A DNA stretch of 64,000 bases from Eledone cirrhosa (GCA_964016885.1 CAXHJY010001150.1:62001-126000); one strand, 5' to 3'. Positions 1 through 15,387 are shown, numbered from the stretch's first letter. The notes: generated from the letters alone by a model not told the origin. Program-made: numbers and translations.

Positions 1-508
1 ATATAAAATTAAATCAAATTTTTTAACACTACAAGTGAAGTCATTCTTTTCCTTTTTTTTCAAATATATATATATATATATATGTGTATATATATATGTG
101 CGCGCGTGTGTGTGTGTTTGTATGAGAAAGAGGCTCATGAGTGATCAAAACTGCTAGGTATTCAGCAAAATCTCCCATCTAATGCTATGTACTTAGATAA
201 ACGACGCCATATTTAACAACGTAGTCCCTGATATTGAGGAAGGAACACGTGATAATATGAATAGCAACATTTACTTATGTGGAGACGCCATACTTGTGGT
301 AGAGTTGTGCTTACTGTATATATTGTGTATATATTGTGTATGTATGTATGTATGTATGTATGTATGTATGTATGTATGTATGTATGTATGTATGTATGTA
401 TGTATGTATGTATGTATGTATGCATATGTATATGTATATATATGAGTGTATGTATGCATATGTATATATGTATGCATATATATATATATATGTATGCACA
501 TGTATATA

Positions 509-609
<101 letters not shown>

Positions 610-708
610 TTAATATAGAAATGACTTCTACAGGAGTAGAACTGTTTCATTCGGAGGAAATCATCAGGAAAGCCCTTACATTGGTTACCCACAATTGAAC
701 CCGGGATA

Positions 709-886
<178 letters not shown>

Positions 887-1148
887 CATATATATACATA
901 TCTATGTATACATTACATATATATATGTATATATGTATATAGATATATATATATATATATATACATACATACACACATACAAACACACATACACACACGT
1001 ATATGTATATATATAAGGGCCATAAACCCAACCCGGATTGAGTGAGAGAGAGGGAGAGAGAGAAAGAGTGTGAGAGTGAGACAGACACAGAGTGAGAGAG
1101 AGAGAGAGAGAGAGAAAGAGAGGAGAGAGCGAGAGAGAGAGAGAGAGG

Positions 1149-1193
<45 letters not shown>

Positions 1194-1265
1194 GAGAGAG
1201 AAAGTTCAGAGGTAGAGAAATCAGTTATGTGCCATGAATATACTGCATAGTTAGTTAATCACTGT

Positions 1266-1430
1266 TTAAGAGGTTTTGTGGGCGGAACCTATCTGTTTGA
1301 ATAGCCGAATAGACTCCGCCTTCTAGCCTGAGTCATGCGATTACTGATTAAGAGGTTTTGTGGGCGGAGCCTATCTGTTTGAATAGCCGAATAGACTCCG
1401 CCTTCTAGCCTGAGTCATGCGTTTACTGAT
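1266..1430. repeat. Direct tandem duplication, 82-bp unit x2
   Basis: ttaagaggttttgtgggcgg...ctgagtcatgcg starts at 1266 and again at 1348. Confidence 0.9.
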
Positions 1431-1824
1431 TTGCTGTTGAAAATGTTCGACAGGGAAAATCTGATGATATGCTTTCAATCCTTTGTATGAAACGAGGTTA
1501 GAACCAACGAGGGACTTTGTATGGCAGTGATGTTCAACCCCTCCTTCTATCACCCCTCCACTATATTTGGCATATTGATATTTCGACATTAACCCACTTA
1601 CTACCAGGAAAGAAATATGCGCAGCATGGCTATGTGGTGGTACCTTGGGCGAGTGTCTTTTTCTTCTATAGTTTCGGGTTGACAAATGACTTGTGTTAGG
1701 AAATTGATAGAAAGAAATTGGAGAAGTCCACCGTACAGCCGAAGAGCGGGAATTGTCCTTCTCTTTGTGTTTCTCTTACATTTTCTAAACTATATTTATT
1801 AGTAACCACATAGCGCCTTTTAAT

Positions 1825-1872
<48 letters not shown>

Positions 1873-1952
1873 TATAGGGTGTCACAAAGCTATGCATTCT
1901 AATAAATATTCACTGTACAGGTAATCAAAGTGTGTATAGATATTTTGGGATA

Positions 1953-2028
<76 letters not shown>

Positions 2029-2035
2029 TATATAT

Positions 2036-2173
<138 letters not shown>

Positions 2174-2398
2174 TTATATATGTATGTGTGTATAATCAAT
2201 GTATAAATATGTGTCCGTGGCTATGTTTACATTTTTCTCTATGTTTAAGTCAATACAGAGATCAATAAGATAAGTCCTGCTGTTGATATTTGCGACTACA
2301 TTAAGGCACTGCCCCCGGCCTGACCGCGGTCTAATAACTGAAACCAGTAAAAGTATGTAAATTAAAGAATAAATAAACAAATATATTTAAAATAAAAA

Positions 2399-2690
2399 GG
2401 CAGAGTCTTTAGAACGTCTGATAGAATGGCAGAGTCTTTAGAACGTCTGATAGAATGGCAGAGTCTTTAGAACGTCTGATAGAATGGCAGAGTCTTTAGA
2501 ACGTCTGATAGAATGGCAGAGTCTTTAGAACGTCTGATAGAATGGCAGAGTCTTTAGAACGTCTGATAGAATGCTTTACGGTATTCGTTCCGGTTTTCTG
2601 CGCTCTGAGTTCAAATCCCGTCGACGTTAACTTTGCCTTTCATCCTTTCGAGGTCGATAAAAAAAGTACCAGTCTAGTACTGACGTCGAT
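2399..2690 (+). mobile_element. tRNA-derived SINE whose 5' 29 bp is tandemly repeated x6
   Basis: ggcagagtctttagaacgtctgatagaat x6, then B-box-like gagttcaaatccc and the body ctttgcctttcatcctttcgaggtcgataaa..gtaccag shared with other copies in the window. Confidence 0.75.
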
Positions 2691-3411
2691 TCTTCTTCTA
2701 TATCTCTTTCTCATTTCCTCTCTCTCTCACTTTCTGTCCTTCTCTGGAAGAAATCTGATGTACTCAGGACTAGTGAGAAGATGGTCTCATCTAGACTTAA
2801 AATGCTCTAGAAACGCCGTATCAAAAGCGACGGGGCCATACTATATCATTTATAAATAAAAGAAAGGCACAAGATCAAGAAGCGTAACGACTTTATTATT
2901 AGATTTTGCACACAGTAAACTTCTTCCCCACAACCTTAATATATATATAATAGTGAAAAAGCACAGAAGTATATTTAAAGATTATTTTCTTCTTTAATCT
3001 GACAGAAAAAATAATCTTATAATTGTTATATTAAGTGGATTTAACTATTGCCAAATATTACCGGTTTCGTTTGGTATAAATTTATGAAATATTAAATAAT
3101 AGATACTAAAAGGTTTTTTCATATATTCTGTGAGCAGTTTGAACATATGTGAATTTTCTGTCAAAATTTCTTCTTATATAAATGTTCTTTATGAAGGTGC
3201 GGTGTTGAAGGTGGAAGTTGGATGTGTTATACCTGTAATTATTCCAGCTTTGTCACATATTGTGTTATGCTGATTCTGATCAATCATCGTATAATCTTTT
3301 TTTTTTTAGTTTGCAGGATCGGGATTATGTTGATAATTTTATTTTATTTTTTAAATCTAGAATCGTTTTATTAATAAAAGAAGCATAAACAAATCTATTT
3401 CAAATAACTGT

Positions 3412-3520
3412 TTCCACTCTAGGCACAAGGCCAGCAATTACCCAGTGCATTACTGGTACTTTATTTTATCGACCCCGTAAGGATGAAAAGCAAAGTCAAC
3501 CTCGGCGGGATTTGAACTCT
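3412..3520 (-). mobile_element. SINE fragment, same family as 2399-2690
   Basis: Reverse complement reads gagttcaaatcccgccgaggttgacttt...ggggtcgataaaataaaagtaccag...ccttgtgcctagag. Confidence 0.7.
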
Positions 3521-4039
3521 ATTTTAAATAACAACAACACTACAGATATTTAAAACCGGAAAATAAAGGGGAAGGCAAAGGCTCTAAAGTCACAGAACAA
3601 TGGGAGGTGATGGGCTCTAGGTTTGTGGTCGAAACGACTATGCTGGAGGCAGAGATCGTGTCGGAAGATGTGGCGTCCCAGATGTGAGATCAACCTCCTT
3701 CGAATGGGAAGAAAGTAATTCCGTTAGGGTGTTTGCCGTCTTCACGGTCGAGGCCTGTTCACTCCAGTTGTGATGGGAAGTCAGCTGCGCCCAGGCTCTG
3801 AGCAAACGTAAAATTACAAAAATATGCATGGAAATAAATCACAATATCTTTAAATGAAATTGTTATCTTTTCACAAGATGAAGCAAAAATTTGGATTTGT
3901 GGATTTTATAGAGCGTAAGACGAAAAGCTTTGCAGTATTCAATTACGTTCTTTTACGATCTGAGTTTAAACCCCAGCGACTCAACTTCAGGAATGACTGA
4001 AAAATGGAGGTAGTAAAAATCAATGCCAGATAGTTAAAT

Positions 4040-4590
4040 AGAAGTAAGATGACAGGTATACAGAGCACGCAAAGAGTCTGAAAACAGGAGGTTTGCCAAT
4101 GTCTTGCGACGTGAGATTACAGACGCGAGGTGTTCTGCAACGCAAAGCAGTGTGTCAGTGTGAAACAGGATATGGTTGGGAAACAGTTTGTTCGAAATGT
4201 CACTGGTGTATTTAACACTACTGTTGCTAAAAAAAATATATATATATTGCAGATGCCCTCTTCTTAGTGAGACAACTACAAGAGAAGTTCCTAGCTCTAT
4301 ATCTAGCTTTAGTTGATGTAGAGAAGGCTTTTGACAGAGTATCACGATCTGGTCCTTAAGGAAACTAAGTGTAGATAAATGGCTTCTGAGAGCAGTGCAA
4401 GCCATGTACTGAGGAGTTGTCAGTAGAGTGAGAATAAGAAACGAGTTTAGTGAAGAATTCAAGGTACAGGTAGGGTTGTATCAAGGCCATAACAGAAGAC
4501 TTTAAGACTGACTGTGAATAGGAACCTGGTTACCGATCATTTTGTTCTTATAATTAAATCCATGGAAGAACTAATGAAATTAGTTAAGTA
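4040..4590 (+). pseudogene. Degraded RTE-type LINE reverse transcriptase fragment
   Basis: Manual translation across frameshifts gives DALFLVRQLQEKFL..LYLALVDVEKAFDRV and FSEEFKVQVGLYQG, which are non-LTR RT motifs. Confidence 0.75.
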
Positions 4591-4867
4591 CTAGGCTTGA
4601 TGTAATCAACTTTACTCCAACCTCCGCGAGTTGCTGACCTTGTGCCAACATTAGAAAGAAACATTTAGAAATGTTATTTTTTCTGTTTTATTCCATTTTG
4701 TTTCGCTGTGAGAGTAAGTGAGTGGGAGAGAGAGGGGGGAGGGATGGGGGAAAGGAGGGGAGAGAGGGGAGAGAAAGAGATGGACAGAGGGAGAGAGAAA
4801 GCGAGAGAAGAGAGAGTGTAAGTGAGAGGGGAGAGAGTGTAAGTGAGGGAGAGAGTGAGAGAGAGAA

Positions 4868-4898
<31 letters not shown>

Positions 4899-5778
4899 TA
4901 AGGACTGATATTTAATGCTTAGCATGTTGTTTATTCACTGGTTCTATATTGTCCTCTAATAACCACTAAAGTATATCGTATTTGAGAGACACCAATAATA
5001 ATAATAATAACAACTGACGTTTTATCAGCTATCATTCACGTAACACAACCACTTTGCCCTGTAGACAAGAGGGAACGACGGTAGAGAAGAATAAACCTTT
5101 TAGCAATCAGCTCGTGGTCAAACGGAACAAACTGAGGCAAATCTTCAAGTACTAAAACGTGCAGTCGGCCAACCGTCCACAGAGGTGTTACAACGAGGTC
5201 GGCAGTTGATTCAGGGTTGGGTGGGGGAGGGGAGGAGTGTGATGGGGGTGGGGGAGGGTGTGGAAGGAAAATTTATCTCAGACATTTTGGTTTATTTCCT
5301 CTTAATAAATTCCCGATTGCTTTCTTCTTCTTCTTCTTCTTCTTCTTCTTCTTCTTCTTCTTCTTCTTCTTCTTCTTCTTCTTCTTCTTCTTCTTCTTCT
5401 TCTTCTCCCCATCTCTCTCCCTTTCTCTCCCCCCTCTCTCTAAAAAACAAAAGAAATAGAAGATAAACAAAATAATAAAAAAAATGTAAAAAAATTTAAA
5501 AAAATGAATAAAACCTACAAATAAATATAAATATAAATAATACTGAATAAAATACTGAAAAAACTGAATAAAATAGTTGTAAAAAAATAAGATAAAAATA
5601 TATAAAAAAATAGAATGAAAGAAAATAAAAATAAAGAGATAAAAATAAATAAGAACTGTCTAAAAGAAATGGTTTTTAACTGTGGCATACGACCACAGAT
5701 TTGTTTAGATCGTGGGGTGAATAATAGCTTATAACTGGTACCATTAAATATGCGTGTGCACACACATACACATGTTTG

Positions 5779-5866
<88 letters not shown>

Positions 5867-6454
5867 TATATGTATGTATGTATATACATACATATATAAA
5901 TATATACATACATATATAAATATATACATATATATATATATATATATACAGAGATATCCACGGTAAGTTGTGGGGTCCAGTCTGCATGAAGAACTCGATG
6001 TAATCCATATGTTGAAAATGTTGTAGGTTAAAATAAATCCCGGAAAACAATAAAACATTAAAAGGAAAACAGAGTCATGATATAAGTTAAAACAATGAAA
6101 TAAAAAATCAAGTCATTAGAAATATACTTCACTGCTTTACGATCGTTTCTAGGTGATGATAGTACATCGTAACTATACTTCGATATCGATCTATGTAGGG
6201 TTAGTTACAAAATATCAGATAAAGAGAATATTTACTTACATGAATATCACCAGCTGTTGTCAAAAGCAATAATAATTTTATTCAAAATTAGTAGTAAATT
6301 AGTATTATGTTTAGTTCTATGACCTTGTTTGGAGGTAGCTGAAGAACTAACCAATCAGATTGTTTTATTCCATATGATGTTAAGATGAAAAATAATTCAC
6401 TTTAGTTGAGGTCATGTCCCTTTGAAAGGAATGGTTGAATGGTGTTAATAACAG

Positions 6455-7170
6455 AATTGCCATAAAAAATCTGTGCACAGTCATTCATGACGATCTGAAC
6501 AAGGACAAAGTCTGTGTAAAGTTTGTCCCCAGGATGCTGAATGAAGATCAAAGGAAAAGGTACGTTGAGGACTGTAGGGATTTGGACGATTGGATCGCTT
6601 CAAATCCAAGTGTTTTGAATCACTGGTAATCTGTGACGAAAGCTGGGTCTTCTGTCATGAACCAGAGTCCAAGAGACAGAGTGCCCAGTAAAAACATTCT
6701 GACTCCCCAAGACCCAAGAAGGCCAGGCAAAGCAGATCCACTGGGAAGCTGATGGCGATCCCATTCTTCGACAGCAAGGGCATCACCTACAGCCACTGGG
6801 CTGTAGAGGTACTATGTAGAGGTTTTGAGGCAGTTCAGAAAGAGATTTCGTCGCAAGAAACCAAAACACTTCAGGTCTGGTCAGTGGCCCTATCACCATG
6901 ACAATGCCACCTGCTACAAATCCATCCCGGTGACCAATTAATTGGCCGATATGGGAAACATGTCTGTCCCTCATTCTCCATACAGTCCAGACTTAGCCCC
7001 ATGCGACTTTTGGATGTTCCGGAAGCTGAAAGATAAACTCAGGGTTATCTGCTTTGAGGATGTGGAGGAGATGAAAGAGGCTGTGACAAGTACCCTGGAC
7101 AACTTTACTTTGGAAGACTACAAAGAGTCCCTTCCAGTAATGACTGGAGCGCTACAAGTGCATTGAAGTT
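6455..7170 (+). pseudogene. Mariner-type transposase remnant
   Basis: KVCVKFVPRMLNEDQ, DESWV, HHDNA and PHSPYSPDLAPCDFWMF, broken by stops and frameshifts. Confidence 0.9.
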
Positions 7171-7282
7171 GGGAGTTCCCATTTTGAGGGAGACTAGAGT
7201 TTTGTGTTGATCTGAGTTAAATAAATGTCTTCTTCTGATAAATGTCTCAAAATCTAAACGTATAAAATGTATACGTATATAT

Positions 7283-7433
<151 letters not shown>

Positions 7434-7449
7434 CACACACACACACACA

Positions 7450-7507
<58 letters not shown>

Positions 7508-8319
7508 TTATTGAACACACACACATACATATATATATGTATAAATATATATCAGATTTTGTAAATATCCGAATTTAATTTAGAAATATTAGAAAACCAA
7601 TAAATAAATAAACAAACAAACAACTAAATTAAGGGTGCGGTGTGTGGGTCTGTGATGGCTGATGCGGATGTCTGTCTAAGGAGCTAGCCCGGAAGCCACA
7701 AAAGGTCAAAGCAATGACTGAATAAGGCAGGTTCCTTCCGCACTGTTAAATCAGCTACAGACATTTACAAGAGTAACTCACCAAAAGATTCGGGGTAAAG
7801 AAGAATAAGGAACACACACACACACACAAATATATATAACAAAAAATTAACAAAAAACCCTACCACAACAAACAACAAAAATCAGTAAACAAAATTTATA
7901 TAAAAAATAGAAAATATAATAGAGATAAAATGTAAAGTAACAATAAAACAAACAATTCTGATAATATCAAAAACAATAATGATGGTTTCTTGTTTCGGCA
8001 TAAGGCCCGAATATTACTAATATTAATACAATATTAGTAACAAACAAGCAGGGTTTTAAAAAAGTTGTCTTCAAGGCGTTTAAGGTGCGTGTGGTCGAAA
8101 CGTTTGGCTGATCTGTACGATATATAGTAAAGTACAGGTATAGGGTATTTTAAAAGGTAATTAATTCATATATACATAGATTGTTAGGGTTGACAGAGTT
8201 TTTAGGGTTGTTAGGGTTGTTATATATAAGTTATTAACTACCTTCCACCTTTACCCTCTCACACTTAAACAACACTTCTGGGTGGTGGGTACGCCAACTA
8301 CCCAACTCCTCGGACGAAA

Positions 8320-8413
<94 letters not shown>

Positions 8414-8641
8414 GAGAGAGAGAGAGAGAGAAAGATGTAAAAGTGAGAGTGGGAGAAATATAAAAAAAGAAAGGAATTGAAGTTCTGCGAAGGATCTTGG
8501 TGGTGCATATAACCCTGGAAGAAATGATATATATATATATATATACACAGTCACAGATACACACACACACAAATTTATATACCTATATACATTATATATA
8601 TATATATAAACAGATATACACACACACAAAAATATATATAG

Positions 8642-8747
<106 letters not shown>

Positions 8748-8770
8748 ATATATATATATATATATATATC

Positions 8771-8823
<53 letters not shown>

Positions 8824-9337
8824 CAAGCTCAAACAGAAAGACCTTTAATTGTTTAAAGGAAATCTTGAGATTTTTTTGATTTTTTTAAATCTTTTCCCTT
8901 TCTATCATTTTCTTTATTTCCCACATTTATTTTACCTACTTCTGTTGCGTGTCTCCATTTTGCCAAAGGGAACGGTTTGTTTTTGATAAATGATAAATTA
9001 CGTAATATAATTCTGATATAACATTTTTGCTTTGTTCCTTCTTTTTTTTTTTAGTCTAGCGTAATTAAAAAGTAAGGAAAATAATGTAAGAAAAACAACA
9101 AAATACAGTAAACATAACTTGATAGACAAATAAATAAATATATAAGAATAAATCGCTGAATAATGAGATATATAAGTTGATGATAATTAGTGAGACTTGT
9201 GTAATATTTACCAGTGAATAGAAATTATCAACGAAATAACACTTCCATATAGAAGAATTAACAAAGAAAGGAAATAACAAGAAAACTACACAAAAACTTG
9301 AATAGTAAATTCGATTATTTTACTTTATGAATTTGAT

Positions 9338-10200
9338 AATGGTAATGGTGGTGGTGGTGGTAGTGGTGGTAGTGGTGGTGGTGGTGGTGTAGTGGTGTGG
9401 TGGTGGTGGTGGTGTGGTGGTAGTGGTGGTGGTGGTGGTGGTGGTGTAGTAGTGGTGTGGTGGTGGTGGTGGTGGTAGTGGTGGTAGTGGTGGTGGTGGT
9501 AGTGTGGTGGTGTGGTGGTGTGGTGGTAGTGGTGGTGGTGGTGTGGTGGTGGTGGTGGTAGTGGTGGTGGTGTAGTAGTGGTGTGGTGGTGGTGGTGGTG
9601 GTGGTGGGTGTGGTAGGGGTGTGGTGGTGGTGGTGGTGTGGTGGTTGTGTGGTAGTGATGTGGTGGTGGTAGTGGTGGTGGTGTGGTGGTGGATGTGGTG
9701 GAGGTGTGGTGGTGAATGTGGTGATTGTGGTGGTGGTGGTGGTGTGGTGGTGGTGGTGTGGTGGTGGGTGTGGTAGTGGTGTGGTGGTGTGATGGTGGTG
9801 GTGGTGTGGTGGTGGTGGTGGTGTGGTAGAAGTGGTGTGGAGGTGGTGGTGTGGTGATAGTGGTGTGGTGGTGGTGGTGGTGGAGGTAGTGGTGCTGTGG
9901 TGGTGGTGGTGTGGTTGTGGTGGTTGTAGTGGTGGTGGTGGTGGTAGTGGTGGTGTGGTTGTGGTGTGGTAGCGGTGTGGTGGTGGTAGTGTGGTAGTAG
10001 TGGTGCTGTGGTGGTGTGGTGGTGTGGTGGTGGTGTTGGTAGTGGTGCTGTGGTAGTGATGTGGTGGTGGTAGTGGTGTGGTGGTGGTGGTGGTGGTGGT
10101 AGTACTGGTGTGGTGGTGGTAGTGGTGTGGTGTGGTGGCGGGTGTGGTGGTAGTAGTGCTGTGGTGATGTGGTAGTGGTGCTGTTGTTGTGGTGTGTTGC
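9338..10200. repeat. Degenerate (GGT)n simple repeat
   Basis: Seen directly. Confidence 0.95.
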
Positions 10201-10289
10201 TTATTACTTAGCCCTTTCACCTGACGATTTCATCATAATGACACACGATGCCGTAGAGGTAAAATGGTGAACAATATTAATTATTTCTT

Positions 10290-10490
10290 ATGGGAGAGAT
10301 TGGCAGAATTGGTAGAGCGTCGGATCAAATAACATTGCAGTATCTGTTCTAGCTCTGAGTTCAAATTCCACCGAGGTCAACCTTTCTTATCATATTTCTG
10401 TGGACAATAAAATAAAGTACCAATCAAATACTGGGGTTGATTTAATCAACTTAGCCTTTCCCCTGGCCTTTTTTCCAAATTAGAAATCAA
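10290..10490 (+). mobile_element. tRNA-derived SINE
   Basis: A-box-like tggcagaattggtagagcg, B-box-like gagttcaaattcc and body aagtaccaatcaaatactgggg. Confidence 0.75.
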
Positions 10491-10529
10491 TATAAAAAGA
10501 AGTCCTTTTTTTACCTTGCAAAATTTATC

Positions 10530-11870
10530 TCAGGTGACTGCACTTTTTTTTGGAAAGGTAGTGTGGAGGGCTTAAGAAGAGAGGTTGGAATGGCCTTTGC
10601 AGTGAAATTAGAACTTATGCCCAGGCTTGAAGAATTTTCATTAAGTATAAACGAGCGTTTGATAACCATGAGAATTCCACTAAAAAGGTCATTTTTGTAT
10701 CTGCCTGAAGAAGAAATATTATCATTCTACCAAGCTTTAAAAGATGTAGTACTTAGTATACCTATAGCAGATAAGGTGGTCATCCTTGGTGACCTTAATG
10801 CTAGAGTAGGTAAAGACAAGGAAACATGGAGTGTGGTTGGCAGGACTTCTTTTGTGTGAGGAGATGGAGTTATGCATAACTAACACTATATTCCAGCAAA
10901 AAGATAAGCTTAAACACTCCTGGATGCATCCAGTATCTAAACAATGAGACTTGTTGGATTATATTCTTGTGCGAAAGTGTGATGTTTGTGATATTCGGTG
11001 GGTCAGGGTCGTTCGTGGTTCTGAGTGTTGTATGGACTATCGCTTAATTCTTGCACAACTTGTGTGTAAAACAATAGTAAGAGCTGCCTCTGAGGCTGTG
11101 TCCAAAAGATTGAATGTTTCACGTTTGAGGAACAAAAGTATTCTGGAAGAACACAAGAACGCTACTAACCAATGTGAGGACAACTGGTCGTCTTTTAAAG
11201 CGGAACTTTACAGTGTTGGCGCCGAGATTCTGGGCTATGTGAAGCAAAACCATTAGAACTGGTTCACTGATAATAATGAGATAGAAAAGATTTTTGCAGG
11301 AAAGAAATAAAAGGTTTTGTTGAGTCTTTTTAATGACAGACGTAATGTTGTGGAAAAGGAAAGGGTGGTAGGCGACTTGAAGACAATGAAGGTGTGTATA
11401 AGGAGAAGGCTTCATTAGATGAATGATGCATGGTGGATGAGATTCAGGTTGCATTAGACACCCACAACACAAAGCAAATGTACAATTTCTTGTGTGAGAT
11501 AACGGACCAACATCTTTCCTGATTGCGCCTCTTTGCATAAGGATGAAAATAAGTTCGTGGCAACAACATTTTGACGATCTTCTTAATCTGCCTTCGAATA
11601 TTGACGAGGGTTCTATAATCAGCCTTCCTGACAACTCTGTCTTGGCCAATGCTGAAATGGAGACAGCAGTAACTAAACTAAATAGTGGCAAATCTACTGG
11701 AATGGACGGAATTAATGCAGAACTTCAGAGATATGGATGGAAGAACCTACTGAAACAACTTCATGCTATCATACGTGACATCTGGAACAATGAAACTGTT
11801 TCCCTTGATTGGCGAAATATTCCGATGGTTGTCTTGTATAAAGGTAGTAAAGATGATTGTAGCAAATAGA
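10530..11870 (+). pseudogene. Old RTE LINE fragment (AP endonuclease and linker), related to the 44-48 kb element
   Basis: EGLRREVGMAFAVK, VILGDLNARVG, LDYILVRK and KLNSGKSTGMDGI are colinear with the 44269-46179 ORF; many lesions. Confidence 0.9.
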
Positions 11871-11874
11871 CACT

Positions 11875-12032
11875 CACATAGAATAAACAAATGAGGTTTA
11901 TTTTTCAACATAGTCCTTGGAAAGAAACAATGCAGTTACTAATAAAAAGAATTGAAATTTATAGATGCCAGATTTCACAGCCTTAACATCAGTCCTTCAT
12001 AGTCAGACTATGAACTTTTCAGCCGACCCTCG
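11875..12032 (+). mobile_element. Right half of a mariner-type MITE
   Basis: Ends ctatgaacttttcagccgaccctcg|ta and matches the right part of 31262-31607. Confidence 0.7.
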
Positions 12033-12637
12033 TATATATCAATGTCCCCAAATGTAAGAGAAGGGAACATTAAATTTTTGACATGCGAACGATACGAAAT
12101 CGCTCCGACATATTCCGTTTTGAGGCTTATTGTTTTATTGAATTTAATATAACAACATTTGTTTTCTACAAAATGGTGACCTTCAACTTCATTAAGCAAA
12201 CATGATATTTGAACCAATAATAAACAAAGAAATGACTGAATCAGTCTAGCGTAGTAATTTAGCTGAAATTCGATTTCACAATGATTTTCGAATAAAGCAC
12301 TTTTTAAAACCTACACTCAGATACCCCATAACATCTACGTATTCTAGGAGCGCAGTGTAGCGAATTGCTTATAATTAAAAGGCAGCATTTCTTTCAAGAC
12401 AGGAGAATACGAAGTTAGTACAATGAAGTATTTTATTTTGCGGTTAACTAACGTTTATATTTCTCGGAGCTAGAAAGCCATGCGGACACATGCACAGAAA
12501 TTCACATTTATTATTATAGATTTATTCTTCAGGAGGACTTTGTGTGTATCTAAGAAATCAATATAAACTTTCACTTTTAGAGAGATTCTTGAAAATGTTG
12601 GCCTAATTTTGTCAATTTTCTCTAGAATTGTGCATTG

Positions 12638-12945
12638 AAAAAAAATAAAAATAAAAATAAAAATAAAAATAAAAATAAAAATAAAAATAAAAATAAAAAT
12701 AAAAATAAAAATAAAAATAAAAATAAAAATAAAAATAAAAATAAAAATAAAAATAAAAATAAAAATAAAAATAAAAATAAAAATAAAAATAAAAATAAAA
12801 ATAAAAATAAAAATAAAAATAAAAATAAAAATAAAAATAAAAATAAAAATAAAAATAAAAATAAAAATAAAAATAAAAATAAAAATAAAAATAAAAATAA
12901 AAATAAAAATAAAAATAAAAATAAAAATAAAAATAAAAACGAAAA
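12638..12945. repeat. (AAAAAT)n microsatellite
   Basis: Near-perfect hexamer run. Confidence 0.97.
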
Positions 12946-13094
12946 TAAAATAAATACATAAATAAATAAAAGTTACTATTATCATCAGAAATATTCTCAC
13001 AATTATTGTTATCTCAGTTTCGAAGCTAAACCGAAATAAATAACACCACACACACTCACCCACACACACATACATACATACATACATACATACA

Positions 13095-13217
<123 letters not shown>

Positions 13218-13289
13218 ATGTATGTATATATTTATATATATATATATTTGTATTCATACAACACACACATATATATAAATATGAATGTA

Positions 13290-13339
<50 letters not shown>

Positions 13340-13424
13340 AGTGTGTGTATGTATGTATATATATATTTATATATATATATTTGTATTCATACAACACATA
13401 CACATATATATAAATATGAATGTA

Positions 13425-13460
<36 letters not shown>

Positions 13461-13468
13461 TGAATGTA

Positions 13469-13506
<38 letters not shown>

Positions 13507-13606
13507 GACATTTGTTTGAAATACCAGTTTTGTATTTCCACGAGCAAAAATGTAAGTTTGTAAAAACTGAAGAGGATGCTATTGTAATAGGATTGCTATT
13601 CCATTT

Positions 13607-13864
13607 TATCATCATCATCACCACCACCACTACCAGTATCATCACCACCACCACCATTATTATCATCATCATCATCCCCACCACCTCAACATCATCATCA
13701 TTATCATCATCATTATCATCATCATCATCATCAGCATCATCATCATCATCATCCCCACCACCACCATTATCCTCAACATCATCACCACTGCCATTATTAT
13801 CATCATCATCATCCCCACCACCACCATTATCATCATCATCATCATTATCATCATCATCATCATT

Positions 13865-13901
<37 letters not shown>

Positions 13902-13915
13902 CCACTACCACCATT

Positions 13916-13946
<31 letters not shown>

Positions 13947-14015
13947 CCACTGCCACTATTATCACCCCTACCACCACATCATTATCCTCAACACCATCAC
14001 CACCACCATCATCAC

Positions 14016-14053
<38 letters not shown>

Positions 14054-14055
14054 GT

Positions 14056-14094
<39 letters not shown>

Positions 14095-14099
14095 GTCGC

Positions 14100-14148
<49 letters not shown>

Positions 14149-14149
14149 G

Positions 14150-14185
<36 letters not shown>

Positions 14186-14261
14186 CCATCATCATCATCA
14201 TCGTCATCATCATCATCATCATCGTCATCATCATCATCATCATCATTATCATCATCATCAG

Positions 14262-14299
<38 letters not shown>

Positions 14300-14312
14300 A
14301 CATCATCATCAT
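13607..14312. repeat. (CAT)n/(CAC)n simple repeat
   Basis: Seen directly. Confidence 0.95.
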
Positions 14313-14627
14313 TATTTTATTTTCAATATTTATTATTTGCTTGTTTATTCCTCCTGTAAAGGTTAGAGGCAATTAAAGTTGTGTTGAATAGGAAAACAAA
14401 ACAAAAAAGAAAGAGCAAAAAGAAAAAAAAAAGAAAGAATTAAACAAATATAACCAGTTTCATTTAATCAAAGTTTATATTTTTTTATATAAATATATTT
14501 AAAGGTTTATGACGTTGTTTATTCTGAACATTCTATGCCAAAGTTTAATAATTGACTATGAGCTGTTTGTCGTTTCTGCTTTCAATTTTAGTTTCATACA
14601 TATATATATATATATGTATGTATTAAC

Positions 14628-14681
<54 letters not shown>

Positions 14682-14683
14682 TA

Positions 14684-14762
<79 letters not shown>

Positions 14763-14821
14763 CATACTGACATTTATACATACGTACATGCATACATATA
14801 TACATACATACTTATGTATTA

Positions 14822-14870
<49 letters not shown>

Positions 14871-14912
14871 CAATATTAAATAAATGGAAAACTATATTTA
14901 TAAAACCATATC

Positions 14913-14978
14913 TATTTCATTATATATATTTCGGGGATATCATATTAACAATATGTTATGCCTTCATCAGACAAAATA
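14913..14978 (-). ncRNA. Type I hammerhead ribozyme (PLE family A)
   Basis: Exact reverse complement of 17991-18056. Confidence 0.8.
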
Positions 14979-15352
14979 CAATATAAACAGTTTTATAGAT
15001 AGATATATTCGACATACCGTAATAAACATCAACTTCATTTGAAGAGGTTTACTCTAGCAGTGAAAATACAGAGAGAAAGAAAGAGAGAGAGAAAAAAGAG
15101 AGAGAAAAAAGGGAAATAAGAAAGAAAGAAAGACAAAACGAAGAAAAGGAAGAAAAAGAAGAAAAAGAAAAAGAAGAAATGCATGGGACAAAATAGAGAG
15201 ATGGAAAAATAGATAAAGCGAAGAGCTTCATGTAAAGAGACAGAAAGAGAGATATATATATATATAGAGAGGAAATAGAGATAGATACATATATAAATAT
15301 AGAAAAATTAGGTAGTGGGAGGTCATTTTGAGTAAGTGTATCAATGATACAT

Positions 15353-15387
<35 letters not shown>

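Noticed and set aside
1465-1510. CTGATGA...GAAACgagGTT hammerhead-like core
   Set aside because: No stem I pairing and only a weak stem II.
6130-6258. Minus-strand CTGGTGA...GAAACGATCGTA
   Set aside because: The core is mutated and stem I does not pair convincingly.
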